DNA from: Azolla caroliniana
Taxonomy: Eukaryota > Plantae > Polypodiophyta
Direction: 5' to 3'
Length of the DNA stretch: 64,000 nt
Assembly (NCBI GenBank): GCA_043228905.1
Contig: JBHGNT010000010.1
Span: 7,936,001 to 8,000,000, forward strand
The notes under the pieces are model-generated. The model was given only the letters and a program-made list of their open reading frames with translations. It did not search any database and had not been told where the DNA came from. Position numbers and translations under genes: made by a program. Shown one piece after another: positions 58,962 to 64,000 of the stretch. Numbering within the stretch: the first letter of the stretch is position 1; each line of letters starts with the position of its first letter.

Positions 58962-61088
58962 ATGAAAGGGTCGGATCTTGCGGAGGCCATGGCTTCGGCC
59001 GTGGATCGGATATTGAGCGCACGCGAGGGCTCTGGCGCCCTTGACAGAGCCATTGAGGCGGTCGTCGGTACGATCGGCCGGTTCAGCGGAAAGGATGCCA
59101 CGAAGTATTTGGCGTCCTACAGGGCAGAAATGCTGATGCGGGACATTCCGGAAGAGAGACGTCTTGCCGGGTTCCCTCGAGTGGCGATGCCGAGCATCCA
59201 TGCGGAGGTGCTCGAGGTACGGGCGGAGAGCCGTACCTGGGAGGAGTTCGAAGGCCGACTCCTAGAAAAATACGGGCTGGACGACGCGCTCCGGCTTTCG
59301 AAACGGGACTTCATGGAATGGGTGGAGTCCCCCGGCAAGGGAAGAAATGCGTCGGCACTCCTCCGGGAGTTTGAAGAACGCTTTGCGCGCCTTTCGGCGC
59401 TTGACCGAACCATTCTGGATACGAGCCGGGTCCTACTGTTCGTCAAGTCGGTGGACGAGCGGGACCGGGATCAAGTCGGCTCCTTGCTGGAAACTGAAGA
59501 CGGGCTGACGACCGACTGGGTTGCGGTTAAGAGAGTCTGTGGCCGTTTCGACAAACGTCGAGAATGGGCTGATAACGGGGCGGCCGGTGCGGGCTCGGTC
59601 ACAGCAAGGAGGCTTGAACCGGCACCGCAAGAGCGAAGGGTAGAAGCCCGGGAGTGGCTCGAAACCGGGTTGGCTCCGACCGGCATGGTCAATGACTCGT
59701 CCGGAGGAGCAACGCTGGAGGAGTTGACGCGGGCGATAAAGGATCTCTCGATCGCCCAGACTCGAAGGGAAGGCGGCGAACCGGCTCGTGACCGACGGCC
59801 GGTAGCAGGGAACAGGTGCATGTGGTGCGACGAGGTCGGCCACATTCGGAAGGACTGCGGCGATTTCGTAGAGGCGTTGAGGAACCGGGTGGTATACCTA
59901 TGGGAAGGCCGGGTGCACGTCGGCGACACCAGAAGGGCCCTAAACCGAAACGACGGGCGAGGAGGTATGAAGAGACTGATGGAAGAGGCAGCGGCCCGAC
60001 ACGTGGAGGCCATCCACTACTCGGCGTCGGCCGACATTTGGGTCGGGGGCAGCGAGGCCCGAAAGGAGAGCAAAGACGGATTCTGGTCGGCAATGCTGGA
60101 AGGCCTCGCCGGCGCACGGCTGAGGAAAGATGAAGCGGATCGCGCCGAGAGACGGGTCCGGGAAATAACCGGGTGGAACGACCCGGTCGAGGAGAAGACG
60201 GGCTTCGTAGAAGCCGCCTGCCGGAACTACGAGGCTCTGGTAGAAGACAAACGAGTGGGGAAAGCCGGAGCAGCCGGGCCCTCACAACGATACGAGACCC
60301 GATATGGGCAACGACGGAACGATGCTGGTGGGTCCAGCGCGCAGGATAACCCCAGGAAGGGCGGATACCGACTAGGGACAGAAATAGAAAGGACCACGGA
60401 CCTACGAAAGGTCCTAGAAGAGCGGATCCTCGACAACAAAGTGGAGCTGTCATTGCGGGAGGTGTTAGGGATCGCTAAGAAGGAGTTCCACGACTCCATT
60501 GTGGACTTGGTGAAGCGGAAGAGGCTGTCGACGGAAACGGAACCGGAAAGACCGGTGGAGGTGCGGACGACGCACATCGACGACTTGGCGCTGGAAGATG
60601 AGTGGGCGGAGAGCCACTATTCGAGGCCACACTGGGCCCGAGCGACCACGGAGACCCCGGTAAAGATCGGAGATGTTCAGGAACCGGTGGTGGCATTGGT
60701 GGACCACGGTTCGGAAATAAACCTGATGTCCATGGACTTCTATGAGAAGGGAAAGTGGCCGATCAACACCAAGCACGGGTGGAAGATACAGGCGGCGACA
60801 CGCGCCACCGAGGAACTGCACGGGGCCTGCCCGAACGTGCGAGTCAAGATCGGCGACGTCGAGATTGACCAACACTTCTTCGTACAGGAGACGTCCTCGC
60901 ACCCGGTCATATTAGGGGAACCATACATCACGGCAGCGCGAATGGAGACCAAGGTGCTGGACAACGGTTCGGCCTACGTGAGGGTCAAAAGCCAAGACGG
61001 GCGCCATTCGGTGCAATTTCTGATGGTGCGGCCGAACCACGAGCGAAACCGCGAATCCCTCGGTGGCGAGAACTGGGAGGATTTTTAG
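58962..61088 (+). CDS. Gag-protease ORF, 708 aa
   Basis: RFSGKDATKYL, zinc knuckle CMWCDEVGHIRKDC, aspartic protease LVDHGSEIN...VILGEPY; first ATG after the PBS. Confidence 0.85.
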   Translation: MKGSDLAEAMASAVDRILSAREGSGALDRAIEAVVGTIGRFSGKDATKYLASYRAEMLMRDIPEERRLAGFPRVAMPSIHAEVLEVRAESRTWEEFEGRLLEKYGLDDALRLSKRDFMEWVESPGKGRNASALLREFEERFARLSALDRTILDTSRVLLFVKSVDERDRDQVGSLLETEDGLTTDWVAVKRVCGRFDKRREWADNGAAGAGSVTARRLEPAPQERRVEAREWLETGLAPTGMVNDSSGGATLEELTRAIKDLSIAQTRREGGEPARDRRPVAGNRCMWCDEVGHIRKDCGDFVEALRNRVVYLWEGRVHVGDTRRALNRNDGRGGMKRLMEEAAARHVEAIHYSASADIWVGGSEARKESKDGFWSAMLEGLAGARLRKDEADRAERRVREITGWNDPVEEKTGFVEAACRNYEALVEDKRVGKAGAAGPSQRYETRYGQRRNDAGGSSAQDNPRKGGYRLGTEIERTTDLRKVLEERILDNKVELSLREVLGIAKKEFHDSIVDLVKRKRLSTETEPERPVEVRTTHIDDLALEDEWAESHYSRPHWARATTETPVKIGDVQEPVVALVDHGSEINLMSMDFYEKGKWPINTKHGWKIQAATRATEELHGACPNVRVKIGDVEIDQHFFVQETSSHPVILGEPYITAARMETKVLDNGSAYVRVKSQDGRHSVQFLMVRPNHERNRESLGGENWEDF

Positions 61089-64000
61089 AGAGGGCTGCCA
61101 AGGCGTGGGGCCAAGACAGCCCGGACACTCGGGAAAGACCCCACGACTGTACGATAGAACCGAAACCGAAGGAAACCTGTACGATAGGTAGGAAATTTTG
61201 CTTCTCCAACAACGGAGGGTGTATGATAGTCGGCATCGTTGGCCGAGAAAAGACAAGGGCGGAAGTGCGACTTCGAGCGTGCGGAGTTCTCGGCCCGGAC
61301 GAGGAAATTAGCGGAGCCGTGGAGGCGGTCTCCTTCGACGACACCTTGGGAATGCTGAGGGAGGTAGCCGGAGAAGACCTTAATGAAGACCGGACGATAC
61401 CGGTATGTTCCGAAGAGATGTACGAAGACATCGCGAACTTCAGTCAGGGGCTCGGGTCCGATCGGACGGCCCGGGTTTGCACGAAGTACAAGACTGTGGA
61501 CCGGAAGGTAAGGCCAGTCGCGGCACCCTTACCGGAGGGCAGCGAGTCCCGAATCAAAGGGGTTGCGTCGGACCCCAGTTTGTGAGATCTGGTCTGCATA
61601 GGACACACCTTCACCGACGGGACGCTCCGGGAGCTCAAAATCGGTGGGGGCGGGTTCCTACTGCCGGCGGAGGAAGACCGGTTTCGGAGAATGCTCGGAA
61701 GGCACGGGAAAGCCTTCACATTCTCACCGGAAGAGATCGGGTGCGTAGACCCGACAATCGTGGAGCCGATGGTGATATTCACGGTATCGCATGTGCCGTG
61801 GAATCTCAAGCAGATTCCAGTACCGAGAGCTCACATCCCGAAGTTGATGGAGCTATTGAGGCAGAAAGTCGATATGGGCATTCTCGAACCGTCGAGTGCC
61901 CCATACTCGAACCGATGGTTTACCGTACCAAAGAAAAACGGAACATTGCGCTTCATTCAAGACCTGCAGCCGGTCAACAGAGTGACCATTCGGAACGCAG
62001 GAATCGGACCGACCATAGACGAGTTCGCGGAGGCCTTCGCCGGATGGTCGATTTACTCGGTCGGTGATCTGTACTCGGGGTACGACCAGTTCCAGCTAGC
62101 CGTGGAGAGTAGAGACATTACGACGATGCGAACTCCCCTCGGCCTAGTGCGAATGTGTACCCTGCCACAAGGAGGGACCAACTCGGTGGCCCACATGGTG
62201 AATGCAATGAACAAGGTCCTGAGGGATTGCATCCCGGACATCACCATGCCATTTCTAGACGACATTCCGATCAAGGGGTGCCCGGTAGAAGAGAAGGACG
62301 CAACACTCGGACCGGACGGATGCCGGCGATTCGTGGCAACACACATCGACGACTGCGAGAAGGTGCTACAAAGGCTAGAGGATGCGAGGCTCACCTTCTC
62401 CGGGGAGAAATTGGCCTTCGGGCAAACAGAAATCCTGGTGGTCGGACACCTATGTGGACCATATGGCCGGAAGCCGTCTCCGGCAAAGGTAGAAGCCATC
62501 TCCGCGATGAAGACCGACTGTAGCTCGGTTACGGAAGTTCAGAGGTTCCTGGGGGCATGCGCATTCTACCACATATGGATCCCGCATTACGCCCACGTTG
62601 CGGAGCCGCTATACGGGTTGCTGAAGAAAAGGCGAAAATTCGAGTGGCGAGACGAGCACACGGAGTCGGTCCGGAAGCTGAAGGAAGCTCTTGCGGCAGC
62701 ACCGACGCTCCGGAAGGCTGTCTACGAGAAGGGTACCCCGGTATACATAACGGTGGATACGAGTCCGACCGGGATCGGATGGGTCGTCAACCAAGAAGAC
62801 GGGGACGGTATTCGGTCCCCGATCCAATTCTGCGCGAAGGTCCTCAGTGAGCGACAGCGAGGGTACGCCCAGGTTAAACGTGAACTCTGGGGTATCGTTT
62901 CGGCAATAAAGGCCGACAAAGACTACCTGATCGGGATGGAAGTGATTATCGAGACGGATTGCCTGCCAATTCTCGGCATGGTTTCCGGATGCGCGACACC
63001 GGACCTGGCGATGCTCAGGTGGATAGCGTACATCAAGTCCCTGGATCCGGAAATACGGCACATTTCCGGAAAGGACAATGCCATGGCCAACATGCTTTCG
63101 AGGGCGAGGTTTGATGATGAGGGCGGCATGGTTTTGGAGGACGAAGAAGTCGGCGTGGACTTCTTCGAGGCGGCGTACGTGACGACCGATGGGACGAGCA
63201 CTCCGGCACTTAACGACTTCGACGAGAGCAAGTACGACGGCGAGTGGCTCCAGATTGGTGGATTTTTGAGGACAATGACGCCGGATGCGTCATGGACGAA
63301 GGACGAGGCCAACCGGATCCGGAAGAAAGCTTACTGATTCTTTCTCCGGGATGGATACTTATGGAAGCACCCGGAGAAGAGGAACGACGTCCCGCTCTGG
63401 GTGGTGGCGATGAAGGAAGAACAAGGGGAGCTGCTGACGGCCTACCACGACAACCCTTGGGCTGGACACCGTGGAACGTGGGCCACGTTCGAGAAGATAA
63501 AGGGGAAGTACTGGTGGCCGGGACTGTACAGGGACGTGCATCGGTTCGTGACAACTTGCGAGAGCTGTCAGATGCACTCCATAGTCCGACATCGGGACGG
63601 GCTTCACCCTACGTACCCTCCGACCATCCACTTCAAATGGATGGTAGACCTGGTGACGATGCCGATAGGAGTAGGACAGATGCGGTATCTGGTCCTGGCT
63701 CGGGAAGATCTGACGAACCAGGTGGAAGGCCGGGCCCTTCAGAACAAGACGACCGTGGCCGTATGTCGGTTCCTGATCGAGGACGTGATATGCCGGTACG
63801 GGTGCGTCGGGAAGATCGTGGCTGATCGCGGGGAGTTGGACGCCGAAGAGGCCGAGGAGCTGTTCGACCGGTTAGGAGTCAAGCTCTCGCTTACCACTAC
63901 GTACAATCCGGAGGCGAATGGAAAGGTGGAGCGCGGACACGGACCGATCGTCAAGGCGTTAGTTCGGGCATGCGGGGGTCAAGTCGGGAACTGGCCGCGG
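61082..64000 (+). pseudogene. pol (RT, RNase H, integrase) in the -1 frame, with in-frame stops at 61583 and 63335; incomplete at the window end
   Basis: DLYSGYDQF, LPQGGTNS, PFLDDIPIKG, VDTS, HD...AGH...CESC zinc finger, VADRGE, YNPEANGKVER. Confidence 0.88.

Larger units (their letters stand above)
58334..64000 (+). mobile_element. GC-rich Ty3/Gypsy element with tRNA-Trp PBS, running off the window end; 5' LTR 58334-58918
   Basis: TGTCG...CGACA LTR ends; TATA at about 58449; PBS at 58922-58939; gag-pro followed by RT, RH and IN. Confidence 0.92.

Overview
Eukaryotic plant nuclear DNA. A non-seed land plant such as a fern or lycophyte is inferred from the retrotransposon families present; the species cannot be determined from this window. 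Host genes: the last seven exons of a CCCH-zinc-finger/WD40 (ZFWD-type) gene (+, 5271-7572), tRNA-Gly(GCC) (-), a two-exon NCS1/PLUTO-like nucleobase transporter (+), and a convergent two-exon RPL4 (-). About 70% of the window consists of two nested LTR-retrotransposon blocks (11147-24853 and about 33360-64000). They contain one intact, apparently very young Copia (45959-51296, LTRs identical by eye), two chromoviruses, a tRNA-Trp-primed gypsy-type element and many fragments; hAT-type MITEs occur both inside and outside them. The most unusual signals are cis-elements inside the retrotransposons. (1) tRNA-type Pol III A/B-box cassettes lie antisense at the start of LTRs in two unrelated gypsy lineages. 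(2) A gag-pro/pol element has a tRNA-Trp primer site and a GGAUUUU slippery site followed by a pseudoknot, apparently inserting at GCGG. (3) The chromoviruses show Tf1-like self-priming with covarying bases. (4) A palindrome, TAGTACTA, is repeated through the LTRs and coding sequence of both chromoviruses. All coordinates, alignments and counts were made by eye; no database search was run.
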